From Phycisphaerae bacterium (GTDB lineage Bacteria > Planctomycetota > Phycisphaerae > Phycisphaerales > SM1A02): DNA of 64,000 bases. Below are positions 1 to 8,680 of the stretch, one piece after another. Under the pieces are notes generated by a model, which saw only the letters and a list, made by a program, of their open reading frames with translations, made no database searches and was not told the origin of the DNA. The position numbers and the translations under genes are program-made. The number at the start of each line of letters is the position of its first letter. Positions within the stretch are counted from its first letter, which is position 1. Where the stretch lies: assembly GCA_016845245.1 (NCBI GenBank), contig JAERSY010000133.1, forward strand, positions 10-64,009, written 5' to 3'.

Positions 1-1
1 T

Positions 2-958
2 GAGGCGTTCCCGCTCATCTATGCCATCATCGATTCGCCAACATTGCCTGAACGCGATTTGAACGCATGTAAATCGCTCTGTCTTCAAGGCCTCGATTCG
101 CTGCAAGATGACCCTGCGACGCTTGCCTCGATTGAACTCAACAGGCGACACTATCCTGAACCATTTAACAGAACTGGGTATGGCGAGCGTGCTTGCATTG
201 ATTCAACAACAATTGAACAACTCAAAGACATCAAGGCGAATCGTTTTCTCCCAGAGGGCTCAATCTTAGCCGTTGCAGGCAATGTAAAGTTTGATGACGT
301 CTTGCACTGTGTAGGCCAAGAAGTCCAGCAATGGGAGGGCGGGGTCGAGCCCGTCAAAGTCCAAGGAATTCCCACGCGAGGGTATGGGTTTATTCAGCAA
401 GAGTCTTCTCAAGTCCACATCGGCATTGCCGCTGACGCACCAGATGTTGCTGATGAACACGCGTTACATGAATCGATTGCAATGACTGCGTTCGGCGGTT
501 CATCAAGTGGACGATTGTTCACGCAGGTTCGCCAAGAACGCTCACTCTGTTATAGCGTCGCTGCAAGGTATGCTCCAAGCAAGGAGCGTTCTACATTGCG
601 GATTCATGCGGGCACAACACCAGAAAGAGCTCAAGAAACCATCGATGTTTGTTTTGAAGAACTCTATAAGTTGAAAGATGGAATCACAAAGGCAGAGTTT
701 GAACGCACAACGTTAAGAATGAAATCTAGACTCGTCATGAGTGGCGAATCGACTTCTGCAAGAGCAAATGCAGTCTGGTCTGATTTTCATGCACTTGGGC
801 GTGCACGAACATTACAAGAACGACTTGAAGAAATCGATGGTGTCACGCTTCAAGAAGTCAATGACTGGTTGCAAAGACGGTCGTATGGCAACATGAGCGC
901 TATCTCGATTGGCCCAGAACAAAACAGTATTGATGAAAATCTTTTAAACGACGCTTAG
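2..958 (+). CDS. M16 (pitrilysin/insulinase) family peptidase, C-terminal part; 5' end lies outside the window
   Basis: The frame is open from nt 2; the track starts it at an internal TTG at 44. The translation looks like the non-catalytic Peptidase_M16_C half (GSILAVAGNVKFDDV, RLFTQVRQERSLCYSV, SGESTSARANAV). Confidence 0.7.
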   Translation, partial: EAFPLIYAIIDSPTLPERDLNACKSLCLQGLDSLQDDPATLASIELNRRHYPEPFNRTGYGERACIDSTTIEQLKDIKANRFLPEGSILAVAGNVKFDDVLHCVGQEVQQWEGGVEPVKVQGIPTRGYGFIQQESSQVHIGIAADAPDVADEHALHESIAMTAFGGSSSGRLFTQVRQERSLCYSVAARYAPSKERSTLRIHAGTTPERAQETIDVCFEELYKLKDGITKAEFERTTLRMKSRLVMSGESTSARANAVWSDFHALGRARTLQERLEEIDGVTLQEVNDWLQRRSYGNMSAISIGPEQNSIDENLLNDA

Positions 959-1827
959 TCAACAGGCACTTCAGCCAAAATTGGCTGTTGGACCCTTGTT
1001 CCGAAGGATTGGTTCATAGGGTCAAGGTATTCAAGCACTTGTTCACCATTGACGAGTCGCTCAGGAAAGCGAGCAATCATGGCCTCAACTTCAGGGCTGT
1101 AGAATCCAGTTGACGCATCGACTGCATTGTGTCCAAACAAACCAATTGTTACTGAACTCAAACTGCGATCATCGTTATGGTAGAAGAACGCTTCGACCCC
1201 TCGTGCCCGCAACTCTGCCGCATACGCTTCGGCTGCTGCCCTGCGTTTTGCAACTGGGAATTCTCCACCACCAAAATCGCCCCAAACCCCAACTTCTAAT
1301 GTGTAGATTGGAACGAGCGTTGGAAACTCTTTTCGAATCGTCCATAAATCGTGCGGATGAAGATTTCTCTGTGAGAGTGGTGTTCTAAACTTACTTAGAA
1401 AAATTTGCCCAAAGAGCGGCTTCCCTTGAGGATTCACGATGCGTTTCAGCGTGTCGATATCACGGGCGACATTTGGGTCGTCGTACCCAGCGTATGTGCC
1501 AAACGCAAGCACAGAGCCCCTTGAGCGCTCTCTGACTTGAAGTTGTTGAGCAAGTCGAGGATATCCTGATGACAAGGATGCAAGCGCTTTCTTTGCTGAA
1601 TCATGATGTCCCACACCAGAGAATGTCCCAACCGCGATTGCGTAGACGGCATCGTCCTCATACGTTCGCCTGAGCGGATTGGCGTTTGCGTCTACATTGA
1701 CTTCGCCAAAATCCCACGTGGATAAGTCAAGGAGATTGTCTTGGTTGCTTGGCGCTGGCGTGGTTGTTTCAGGGGCACATCCGAGGATGTACAAGCACAT
1801 TGAAATGAAAACGATGATGATTCGCAT
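955..1827 (-). CDS. Putative lipoprotein with two SPOR-like repeats
   Basis: A hydrophobic N-terminus ends in a lipobox (YILGC). Two segments resemble SPOR repeats (YAIAVGTFSG..AKKALASL and YTLEVGVWGDFG..AAAEAYAAELRARGVEAFF). The domain call is by eye only. Confidence 0.5.
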   Translation of the reverse strand: MRIIIVFISMCLYILGCAPETTTPAPSNQDNLLDLSTWDFGEVNVDANANPLRRTYEDDAVYAIAVGTFSGVGHHDSAKKALASLSSGYPRLAQQLQVRERSRGSVLAFGTYAGYDDPNVARDIDTLKRIVNPQGKPLFGQIFLSKFRTPLSQRNLHPHDLWTIRKEFPTLVPIYTLEVGVWGDFGGGEFPVAKRRAAAEAYAAELRARGVEAFFYHNDDRSLSSVTIGLFGHNAVDASTGFYSPEVEAMIARFPERLVNGEQVLEYLDPMNQSFGTRVQQPILAEVPVD

Positions 1828-2076
1828 GGTGCATATCGTAACGCACGACTAGGCACTCGAAAACCTCTTTATTATGCTCCTAAAAGGGGTTCCTATCGGA
1901 CTTTATGAAAACTTGTAAAAAAACCATAAAACTCAAGAAAAAGTGCCCTGATGCACGATAAAAATAGTGTGCTTTGGTGCCCTCCGTGGTGGTTTGGGCA
2001 GGCACATATTTAACGCAGGGAAGTGTTAGAGACTTGAGGAAACGTCGTTTCACGACTTTATACAAAGGTAACGTTC

Positions 2077-2361
2077 ATGTCAGAAATCTCCGTCATCGGA
2101 AATGCAGTGGTGGGAAGTGTGTCAAAAGACACAACTGCAAACACAAAAGCAGCTCCAGCTGTTGAGTGTGTGAAGTCAACATGTAAAGATGCAGTTGAAC
2201 TTTCTACACAAGCTGTGTGGCTTGAAAAGATTCATCAGCTCCCAGAAGTACGCCAGCATCGTATTGATGCGATTAAACAATCAATTGCGGATGACAACTA
2301 TCTCAATGATCAAGTGTTATCTACAGCATTTGATCGTTTGATTGAAGAAGTTTCAGATTAA
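2077..2361 (+). CDS. flgM: Anti-sigma-28 factor FlgM
   Basis: 94 aa with a disordered N-terminal half. The C-terminal part has the typical FlgM pattern (DAVELSTQA...RQHRIDAIKQSIADDNYLNDQVLSTAFDRLIEE). Confidence 0.65.
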   Translation: MSEISVIGNAVVGSVSKDTTANTKAAPAVECVKSTCKDAVELSTQAVWLEKIHQLPEVRQHRIDAIKQSIADDNYLNDQVLSTAFDRLIEEVSD

Positions 2362-2842
2362 CCATCCAACGTTGGTTGTACCTTCCAGAATTTTAGTCAT
2401 CGCCACAACCCTTTTAGTTGTGGCGATCTCTTTTACAGGATGTTCGACACCAAAATCAATGGGGCCTTCAGCAGTAACCTCATGGGCGTATGCTCCGGAG
2501 TCGATTTCAATTCACCCACTCACAAGGTTTGCAAACGCGAACAGGGTCATTGTTCATGTGTCGATGCTCGATGGCGACGGTTTTGAGTGCAGAGGCATTG
2601 GCTCGCTCGACATCCAGTTAAAAAACAACTCGGGAATGCTTGTTAAAAAAATTACACATCAACTCGATGACGCTGAGTTAAACCGTGTGTTGTTTGACAA
2701 GGTCACTCGGACTTACCGCATCCCAATCGAATTGCCTTCCGATGAGATGGCATCTCCTAAGCTCACCGTCACATCAAGTTTCACGCAGAAAGAACGTGGC
2801 CCAATAAAGAGCAACTCTTTTCTCATTGAACAAGAAAACTAG
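2342..2842 (+). CDS. Hypothetical lipoprotein
   Basis: Signal peptide with lipobox (VAISFTGCSTP). The ORF overlaps the flgM stop by 20 nt on the same strand. I recognise no family. Confidence 0.5.
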   Translation: MKKFQINHPTLVVPSRILVIATTLLVVAISFTGCSTPKSMGPSAVTSWAYAPESISIHPLTRFANANRVIVHVSMLDGDGFECRGIGSLDIQLKNNSGMLVKKITHQLDDAELNRVLFDKVTRTYRIPIELPSDEMASPKLTVTSSFTQKERGPIKSNSFLIEQEN

Positions 2843-2845
2843 GTG

Positions 2846-3718
2846 CTAATGGCTCGATGACGGGTGCCAGATCGTTTTCATTTCGATGAAATGTTCAAGA
2901 TTCCACGGTGATGCCGTTTGGTTTTGGTCATACCACGCATCTTTTTGAATGTGAAGATAACTCACCCGTTTCAGACTATCGCTTGCGCCTTCTTCAATCA
3001 GTGTACGTTCAGGTTTCGTCACATCACTTGCGTACAGTGAGTGAATGTTTCGATGTGTTGCGAAATGTTCAAGCAGCTCTTTCTTTGTGCTTGTCAAAAT
3101 GTTAACAACTCCGCTAGGAACATCAGAAGTGTGACACACTTCGCCAAGGATGGCTGAAGGAAGTGGATGTAAATGTGAGCCAAGTGCAACAACTGTGTTA
3201 CCTGTGGCAAGAGGCGCGCCAATCATCGCAATCAAACCAAGCAGAGAAGGGGACTGTGGTGCAATCACACCAACAACACCCTGCGCCTGAGGAACTGTAA
3301 AGTTGTAATAGGGACCGGCAACTGGGTTTGAACTGCCAAGGATATGTGAAATCTTGTCCGTCCAGCCAGCAAATCGAACGAGGCAGTCCGTCGCTGCATC
3401 AACTTCTTTTCTCGCTTGCGCTGCTGTTGCATTTCCCGTCACTTGTATCGCCGAAACAAACTCTTCTCGCCTGCCTTCTAACATCTCTGCCATTCGGTAC
3501 AGAATTTGACCACGGAGATACGCGGTTATCGACGCCCATTGACTTGTCGCTTTCGACGCTGCTTCTACCGCATCGCGAACATCTTTTCGTGATGCTTGGC
3601 AGATGTGGGCTTCAATTTCCCCGCGCTTATTCTTGACGATGGTTGAGCGGCCGGACTCTGTTCGAGGGAACTTCCCGCCAATGTAGAGTTTGTATGTTTT
3701 TGCAACTGTTCGCCTCAT
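2846..3718 (-). CDS. Aldehyde-dehydrogenase-like protein lacking the catalytic domain
   Basis: The N-terminus parallels the neighbouring ALDH (KTYKLYIGGKF vs KKYQLYIGGKF). The NAD-binding-domain motifs are present (GNTVVALGS, PSGVVNILTS). The ELGGK and catalytic Cys segments are absent, and only the C-terminal strand (FIEMKTIW) follows. ATGA overlap with the upstream ALDH. Confidence 0.6.
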   Translation of the reverse strand: MRRTVAKTYKLYIGGKFPRTESGRSTIVKNKRGEIEAHICQASRKDVRDAVEAASKATSQWASITAYLRGQILYRMAEMLEGRREEFVSAIQVTGNATAAQARKEVDAATDCLVRFAGWTDKISHILGSSNPVAGPYYNFTVPQAQGVVGVIAPQSPSLLGLIAMIGAPLATGNTVVALGSHLHPLPSAILGEVCHTSDVPSGVVNILTSTKKELLEHFATHRNIHSLYASDVTKPERTLIEEGASDSLKRVSYLHIQKDAWYDQNQTASPWNLEHFIEMKTIWHPSSSH

Positions 3719-5187
3719 GACATCGCTCCTTGTAATTTCACATAGGGTCGAAGTCCTTGCATACCGCCTTCACGCCCAAAGCCGGATTCCTTTACGCCGC
3801 CAAACGGAGAAGAAGCATCAAACTTGTTGTACGTGTTACACCAAATGACGCCCGCGTCTAGTTGCCTTGCGATATCGAAAATCTTCGCACCCTTTTCAGT
3901 CCAAACGCCTGCAGCAAGCCCATATGGCGTGTTGTTCGCACGCATGAGCGCTTCTTCAGGTGTTCTAAATGACATGACAGATAGAACCGGACCGAATATC
4001 TCTTCTCTTGCGATTGTGTGACTTGGTTGCACATCAGTAAAGAAACATGGATGACACCAGTGCCCCTTTGAGGGAAGCCGTTCAGTTTGACAGCTGTGAT
4101 AGGTCGCACCTTCATCTTCTCCAACATCAATGTAATGTTGAATCGTTTTCAATTGGGCTTTAGAGTTAATCGCGCCAACATCTGTGTTCTTGTCTAATGG
4201 ATCTCCAACTCGTAGTGATTTCAGTCGGTGTTTCAGTTTACGAATCACAGTATCTAAGATTGGCTCTTCGACAAAGAGCCGAGAGCCAGCGCAACAAACG
4301 TGTCCTTGATTAAAGTAAATCCCTGAAACAATGCCCTCGATTGCTTGGTCAATTGCGGCATCTGCAAAGATGATGTTTGCACTTTTGCCACCAAGTTCTA
4401 GCGTGAGCGATTTGCCGCTTCCGGCAGTCTGTGACATGATGAGCTTGCCAACTTCAGTCGAGCCAGTGAATGCGACTTTCTGAATGTTTGGGTGATTCAC
4501 GATTGCTGCACCTGTTTCTCCAGCGCCTGTCACAATGTTGACGACTCCGGGCGGCAAACCAACTTCTTCAAACACTTCCGCTAATCGCAGTGCAGTGAGT
4601 GATGTCGTTTCTGCTGGTTTCAATACACACGTATTCCCGCACGCAAGTGCAGGCGCAAGTTTCCACGCTGCCATGAGGAGTGGAAAGTTCCAAGGAATAA
4701 TTTGTCCGCAGACGCCAACTGGTTTTACCGCTCTGCCAGGAAATGCGTATTCAAGTTTGTCTGCCCAGCCCGCGTGATAAAAGAAATGTTGAGCAGCAAG
4801 AGGAATGTCGACATCTCTCGATTCTTTGATTGGCTTGCCGCCATCCATGGTTTCTAAAATTGCAAACTCTCTTGCACGTTCTTGAATCCGGCGCGCAATA
4901 GCAAACAAGTACTTGCCCCGTTCACAACCAGATAATTTTGACCAAGAAGGGAGAGCTCGCTTTGCTGCAAGTACGGCGATATTGACGTCGGCTTTTCCCG
5001 CGCTCGCAATATCAGCTAACTTCTGTTCATTAGCGGGGTTTGTCGTTGCAAACCAAGATCGCGACTTCGGTGACACGAATTTTCCGCCAATATAGAGTTG
5101 GTACTTCTTGGCAATATCAACGTGTGTTGAATCAGGGGCATCACTGTAATCCCACGGTGATTGTGTGTTCGTTCCTTCAGCCATCAT
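3715..5187 (-). CDS. NAD(P)-dependent aldehyde dehydrogenase
   Basis: 490 aa with canonical ALDH motifs: WNFPLLMAAWKLAPALACGNTCVLKPAE, LELGGKSANIIF, NQGHVCCAGSRLFV, EEIFGPV, PFGGVKESGFGRE. Confidence 0.9.
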   Translation of the reverse strand: MMAEGTNTQSPWDYSDAPDSTHVDIAKKYQLYIGGKFVSPKSRSWFATTNPANEQKLADIASAGKADVNIAVLAAKRALPSWSKLSGCERGKYLFAIARRIQERAREFAILETMDGGKPIKESRDVDIPLAAQHFFYHAGWADKLEYAFPGRAVKPVGVCGQIIPWNFPLLMAAWKLAPALACGNTCVLKPAETTSLTALRLAEVFEEVGLPPGVVNIVTGAGETGAAIVNHPNIQKVAFTGSTEVGKLIMSQTAGSGKSLTLELGGKSANIIFADAAIDQAIEGIVSGIYFNQGHVCCAGSRLFVEEPILDTVIRKLKHRLKSLRVGDPLDKNTDVGAINSKAQLKTIQHYIDVGEDEGATYHSCQTERLPSKGHWCHPCFFTDVQPSHTIAREEIFGPVLSVMSFRTPEEALMRANNTPYGLAAGVWTEKGAKIFDIARQLDAGVIWCNTYNKFDASSPFGGVKESGFGREGGMQGLRPYVKLQGAMS

Positions 5188-6098
5188 TACGCCTCACTGA
5201 AATCATACCCCGCGGGGTAATGCCCTGTTGTTTGTTTCACGATTTGTCTGAGAACATCATTCGCCAAACTCGATGCTCCAAACCGAAAGAGGTGTGGTGA
5301 AAGCCACTCATCACCGAGCGTCTCTTTGACCATGACTAAATAATGAAGTGCTTGCTTTGCAGTTTTAATACCACCAGCCGGTTTCATGCCTATACGAACG
5401 CCAGTGGCATCATAGAAATCACGAATTGCCTCTAGCATGACGAGCGTTACAGGCAGCGTCGCGGCGGGAGAAACTTTCCCCGTTGAGGTTTTGATAAACA
5501 CTTCGCCATCTGAAATCTTGCCTGCTTCAGTCGCGGCTTCAATTGCTAAATCAGATGCAAATCGCACGTGGTCATAGGTTTCAAGTTCACCCGTCTCTAA
5601 GATGATTTTGAGATGCGCGTTGCCGCAACTGTTTTTAACTCTCGCAATCTCATCTTTGACTTTTTTGTAATTGCCTGCAAGGAATGCGCCGCGGTTAATC
5701 ACCATGTCAATTTCATCTGCACCCGCTGACACTGCTTTTTTGACGTCACCAATCCGAACGTCAATTGGATATTGCCCACTTGGAAAACCCGTTGCGACTG
5801 ACGCAACGTTCACACCACTACCCTCAAGCGCTTTCTTTGCAACCTTCACCAAACTTGGATAGACGCATACTGCTGCGACATGAGGCAGGGGCTCTGCCAA
5901 CTCGCCCTCATACAAATGCACTGCTTTTTTACAAAGCGATTTTACTTTTTCAGCCGAATCTTTTCCCTCGAGTGTCGTCAAATCAATCATTGAGAGCACA
6001 AGGCGCAACCCCTGCATCTTTGATTCATTCTTAATCGAACGCTTCGCAAACGATTGCGCACGTTGTTCAAGCATCACACTGTCAACCGATGGAAGCAT
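5187..6098 (-). CDS. deoC: Deoxyribose-phosphate aldolase (long form)
   Basis: Motifs MIDLTTLEG, VAAVCVYP, EIDMVINRG, FIKTSTGK (Schiff-base Lys region) and MKPAGGIKT. One-nt overlap with the downstream ALDH. Confidence 0.85.
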   Translation of the reverse strand: MLPSVDSVMLEQRAQSFAKRSIKNESKMQGLRLVLSMIDLTTLEGKDSAEKVKSLCKKAVHLYEGELAEPLPHVAAVCVYPSLVKVAKKALEGSGVNVASVATGFPSGQYPIDVRIGDVKKAVSAGADEIDMVINRGAFLAGNYKKVKDEIARVKNSCGNAHLKIILETGELETYDHVRFASDLAIEAATEAGKISDGEVFIKTSTGKVSPAATLPVTLVMLEAIRDFYDATGVRIGMKPAGGIKTAKQALHYLVMVKETLGDEWLSPHLFRFGASSLANDVLRQIVKQTTGHYPAGYDFSEA

Positions 6099-6110
6099 CA
6101 GAACAGTGTA

Positions 6111-6413
6111 CTAGTTTCTCACAGTGTTAAAGAGGGCGGGCAAGAGCCAAGACGCTTCGGGCTGAATAAATTTTCTGTTCTGCGCGTCTGGAACACTGTA
6201 GACCATGAGCATCGATGTCTTGTCATCGATGACATACAGAAACTCTGTACCAGTTCCATTTGACACTGAAAGCATCGAAAAGCCCTCGCCAGTGACAGCG
6301 CCATCCGCAACTGCAACGTTTTGTTCGCTTTTCCACATTGAAACAATGAGGAGCAATGCAAGCACGCATGCCGTCATAAATAGAGTTTGTGTTGTGGAGT
6401 CTGCTCTCTTCAT
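6111..6413 (-). CDS. Small membrane-anchored protein, paralogue of 6413-6700
   Basis: 100 aa with an N-terminal TM helix (LFMTACVLALLLIVSMW) and then a short beta-looking domain (FLYVIDDKTSMLMVYSV). TAATG stop/start junction with the upstream ORF. Confidence 0.45.
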   Translation of the reverse strand: MKRADSTTQTLFMTACVLALLLIVSMWKSEQNVAVADGAVTGEGFSMLSVSNGTGTEFLYVIDDKTSMLMVYSVPDAQNRKFIQPEASWLLPALFNTVRN

Positions 6414-6700
6414 TAGTTTCTCAATGCCGATGCTGCGTCAGACGCGATTGGCCTGTACCCAAGTGGGACGATTCGTTTTTCATTGTGATCCCATGTCACG
6501 GCAACAAGTTCTTGATGCGTCGTGTCGAGAATGTACACCACTCCGGGCGTCACTCCATTCACTTCGCCATCAACTGCGATGTAGCGATGACCTCGAGTCT
6601 CTTGTGCGTCGCTCGTTTGTGATGTCACAACGATGCAAAGCAATACAAGTAACACTGCATTCACAGCAATCAGCATGGAATGTTTCAGTGAAAGTTTCAT
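6413..6700 (-). CDS. Small membrane-anchored protein, paralogue of 6111-6413
   Basis: 95 aa with an N-terminal TM helix (MLIAVNAVLLVLLCIVV) and then VVYILDTTHQELVAVTW. Both ORFs end in RN. TAATG junctions on both sides. Confidence 0.45.
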   Translation of the reverse strand: MKLSLKHSMLIAVNAVLLVLLCIVVTSQTSDAQETRGHRYIAVDGEVNGVTPGVVYILDTTHQELVAVTWDHNEKRIVPLGYRPIASDAASALRN

Positions 6701-6927
6701 TAATCTTGATGCCCACGTTTGGCTGACATGATGCTTACGCTAATCACGATGCCAAAAAAGATAAACATGAGTACGTAACCAACCCATGTACTTGGCGGTT
6801 TTCGCAAACTCGGCTCGGGCGGTGTTGCCGCAGCGAGCGTAATTTGGGATGCAATGGGAGATGCAAGAAGCATCAATAACATGAGTCGTAACTTAAGCAT
6901 GCCTAAAAGGATACCTTGAGATTTCAA
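6700..6927 (-). CDS. Small secreted/membrane protein
   Basis: 75 aa with a signal-like N-terminus, a Pro-rich linker and a C-terminal TM helix (WVGYVLMFIFFGIVISVSIM). The start is uncertain: TTG at 6927 or ATG at 6900. Confidence 0.4.
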   Translation of the reverse strand: MKSQGILLGMLKLRLMLLMLLASPIASQITLAAATPPEPSLRKPPSTWVGYVLMFIFFGIVISVSIMSAKRGHQD

Positions 6928-6936
6928 AAAGTGGGA

Positions 6937-7848
6937 CTACCTCAGCTTAGAACTGCTGGGAACCCCCAAGGATTTGTAAATTTCCTCAGTTGCGGATGAT
7001 TGATTCATCGTAAAGAAGTGAATTCCACGGACATTATGGTCAAGCAAGTCAGCGCATTGCTCCGCCGCCCAACTGATGCCGACATTTCGAACGGCTTCTG
7101 GATCATCTTGGCATCGCATCAACCTTCGTTGCAATGCTGCGGGGAAATTGGTGCCACCTGCCAGCTCCGCCATTCGCTTCATGTTAGCAATCGATGTGAT
7201 TGGCATAATGCCCGCGAGCATTGGCACATCGATGCCGCGAAGTTCACACCGTTCCTTCCAATCATAAAAAGCGTTGTTGTCAAAGAAGAGTTGGGTGCAA
7301 ATCCAATCTGCACCTGCATCAACCTTTGCTTTGAGGTGATCCATCTGGGTCAGCCGATTTGGAGTTTCAGGATGACCCTCAGGATAACCCGCAACACCGA
7401 CGCCAAACGTTCGACCTTCATACGCCTTAATGTGTTTGACTAAATCAGCGCCATACGTAAACTCGCTATCCCCGCTTTCGCACTGTGGTTTATCCCCACG
7501 AAGTGCAAGCAAATTGTCAATCCCTACTTCAGCGTAACCCCTTAACAATTCGTTAATCTCATCTTTTGAATGACCCACACACGTAAGATGCGGAATAGGG
7601 TCAAGCGTTGTTTCGGTTGCGAGGTGTTTGACTAATGCGTTTGTTTTGTCTCGCGTTGAACCGCCCGCACCATACGTCACTGAAACAAATGATGGTTCTA
7701 GTGCTTCAAAGGTTGCAAGCCGAACAGAAAGGGCAGACCATCCCTTGTCACTCTTTGGTGGAAAGAACTCGAAACTAAAAAGCGTTCGGTCTCGTGCAAG
7801 AATATCGTCAATCCGCATGTGCGTAGCATAGCGAGATTTACGAACCAT
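6937..7848 (-). CDS. metF: 5,10-methylenetetrahydrofolate reductase
   Basis: FSFEFFPPK, VSVTYGAGGSTR, IPHLTC, GIDNLLALRGD and ICTQLFFD are the classic MetF signature. Confidence 0.9.
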   Translation of the reverse strand: MVRKSRYATHMRIDDILARDRTLFSFEFFPPKSDKGWSALSVRLATFEALEPSFVSVTYGAGGSTRDKTNALVKHLATETTLDPIPHLTCVGHSKDEINELLRGYAEVGIDNLLALRGDKPQCESGDSEFTYGADLVKHIKAYEGRTFGVGVAGYPEGHPETPNRLTQMDHLKAKVDAGADWICTQLFFDNNAFYDWKERCELRGIDVPMLAGIMPITSIANMKRMAELAGGTNFPAALQRRLMRCQDDPEAVRNVGISWAAEQCADLLDHNVRGIHFFTMNQSSATEEIYKSLGVPSSSKLR

Positions 7849-7872
7849 CTATGCGATTCAGCGAGATGGAAG

Positions 7873-8646
7873 TTACGTCGTTGTTTCAGTCAACGATTCG
7901 TTGGACGCATTTGCATCCTCTTGGTTAAAGAGCGCCGAGCCAACGCGAACAACATTCGCGCCGCACTCAATCGCAACCTCAAAATCGTTTGTCATACCCA
8001 TCGACAAGATGTTGAATGCATCGCCTGAGACAGTTTCGCCTTGCATTTCCTCAAAGAGTTCACTGCACCGGCTAAAGACGGAGCGGGAATCTTCTGGGTT
8101 TTCTGAAAATGGCGCCATGCACATCATCCCTCTTGGAATGACATTTGGCATCGATTCAATCTGCTCAAGAATGTACGTCACAGCAGGAGGCGCGATGCCA
8201 GTCTTTTGGCGTTCGCCTGAGATATTTGCTTGAAGCAAAACTTCACATGTCAAATTTTTCTTTTGAGCAATCTCTTGAATCTCTTCTGCAATTCGCAGTG
8301 AGTCAACACTGTGAACAAGTCGAGAGAGTGGGAGCACTCTGCGACATTTGTTTCGCTGAAGGTGCCCAATAAAATGCCAGCGAATGGCTTCACTTGAAGT
8401 GGGCTCTTTTAATTCTTTTTTACGAGCGACGTATTCTTCGATTTGCGCTGAAAGTTGCGTGAAGTGTTGTAGTCGCGACTCGCCAAAGTCGAGGTGGCCC
8501 AAATCAACCAACTGCCTCACATCATCGACCGCTGCGTATTTTGTCACTGCAACGAGGTGTACTGAATCGGGCGTTCTACCGACTCTCGCAGTTGCGTCAG
8601 CGATTCGTTGTTTGACGGCTTCGTATCTTTCCTTGATCGTTGTCAA
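7873..8646 (-). CDS. yggS: YggS-family pyridoxal-phosphate homeostasis protein
   Basis: VAVTKY (PLP Lys), WHFIGHLQRNK, LSMGMTNDFEVAIECGANVVRVGSALF. The track start at 8715 would overlap sucD. An in-frame TTG at 8646 is preceded by AAGGAGG, so I use it. Confidence 0.85.
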   Translation of the reverse strand: MTTIKERYEAVKQRIADATARVGRTPDSVHLVAVTKYAAVDDVRQLVDLGHLDFGESRLQHFTQLSAQIEEYVARKKELKEPTSSEAIRWHFIGHLQRNKCRRVLPLSRLVHSVDSLRIAEEIQEIAQKKNLTCEVLLQANISGERQKTGIAPPAVTYILEQIESMPNVIPRGMMCMAPFSENPEDSRSVFSRCSELFEEMQGETVSGDAFNILSMGMTNDFEVAIECGANVVRVGSALFNQEDANASNESLTETTT

Positions 8647-8680
8647 TGCAAACCCCTCCTTGGGATAGACGCAGGATACC

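Noticed and set aside
1953-1961. Sigma-28-like -10 element (GCACGATAA) upstream of flgM
   Set aside because: It resembles GCCGATAA, but I could not find a TAAA -35 element at the required spacing of about 15 nt; the nearest TAAA is about 22 nt away. It remains untested speculation.
6205-6726. 173-aa plus-strand ORF, longer than any of the three small minus-strand ORFs it overlaps
   Set aside because: The translation is Cys/Arg/Ser-rich with no hydrophobic core or motifs. The minus-strand ORFs have clean TM helices, paralogy and TAATG coupling in the orientation of the surrounding operon.
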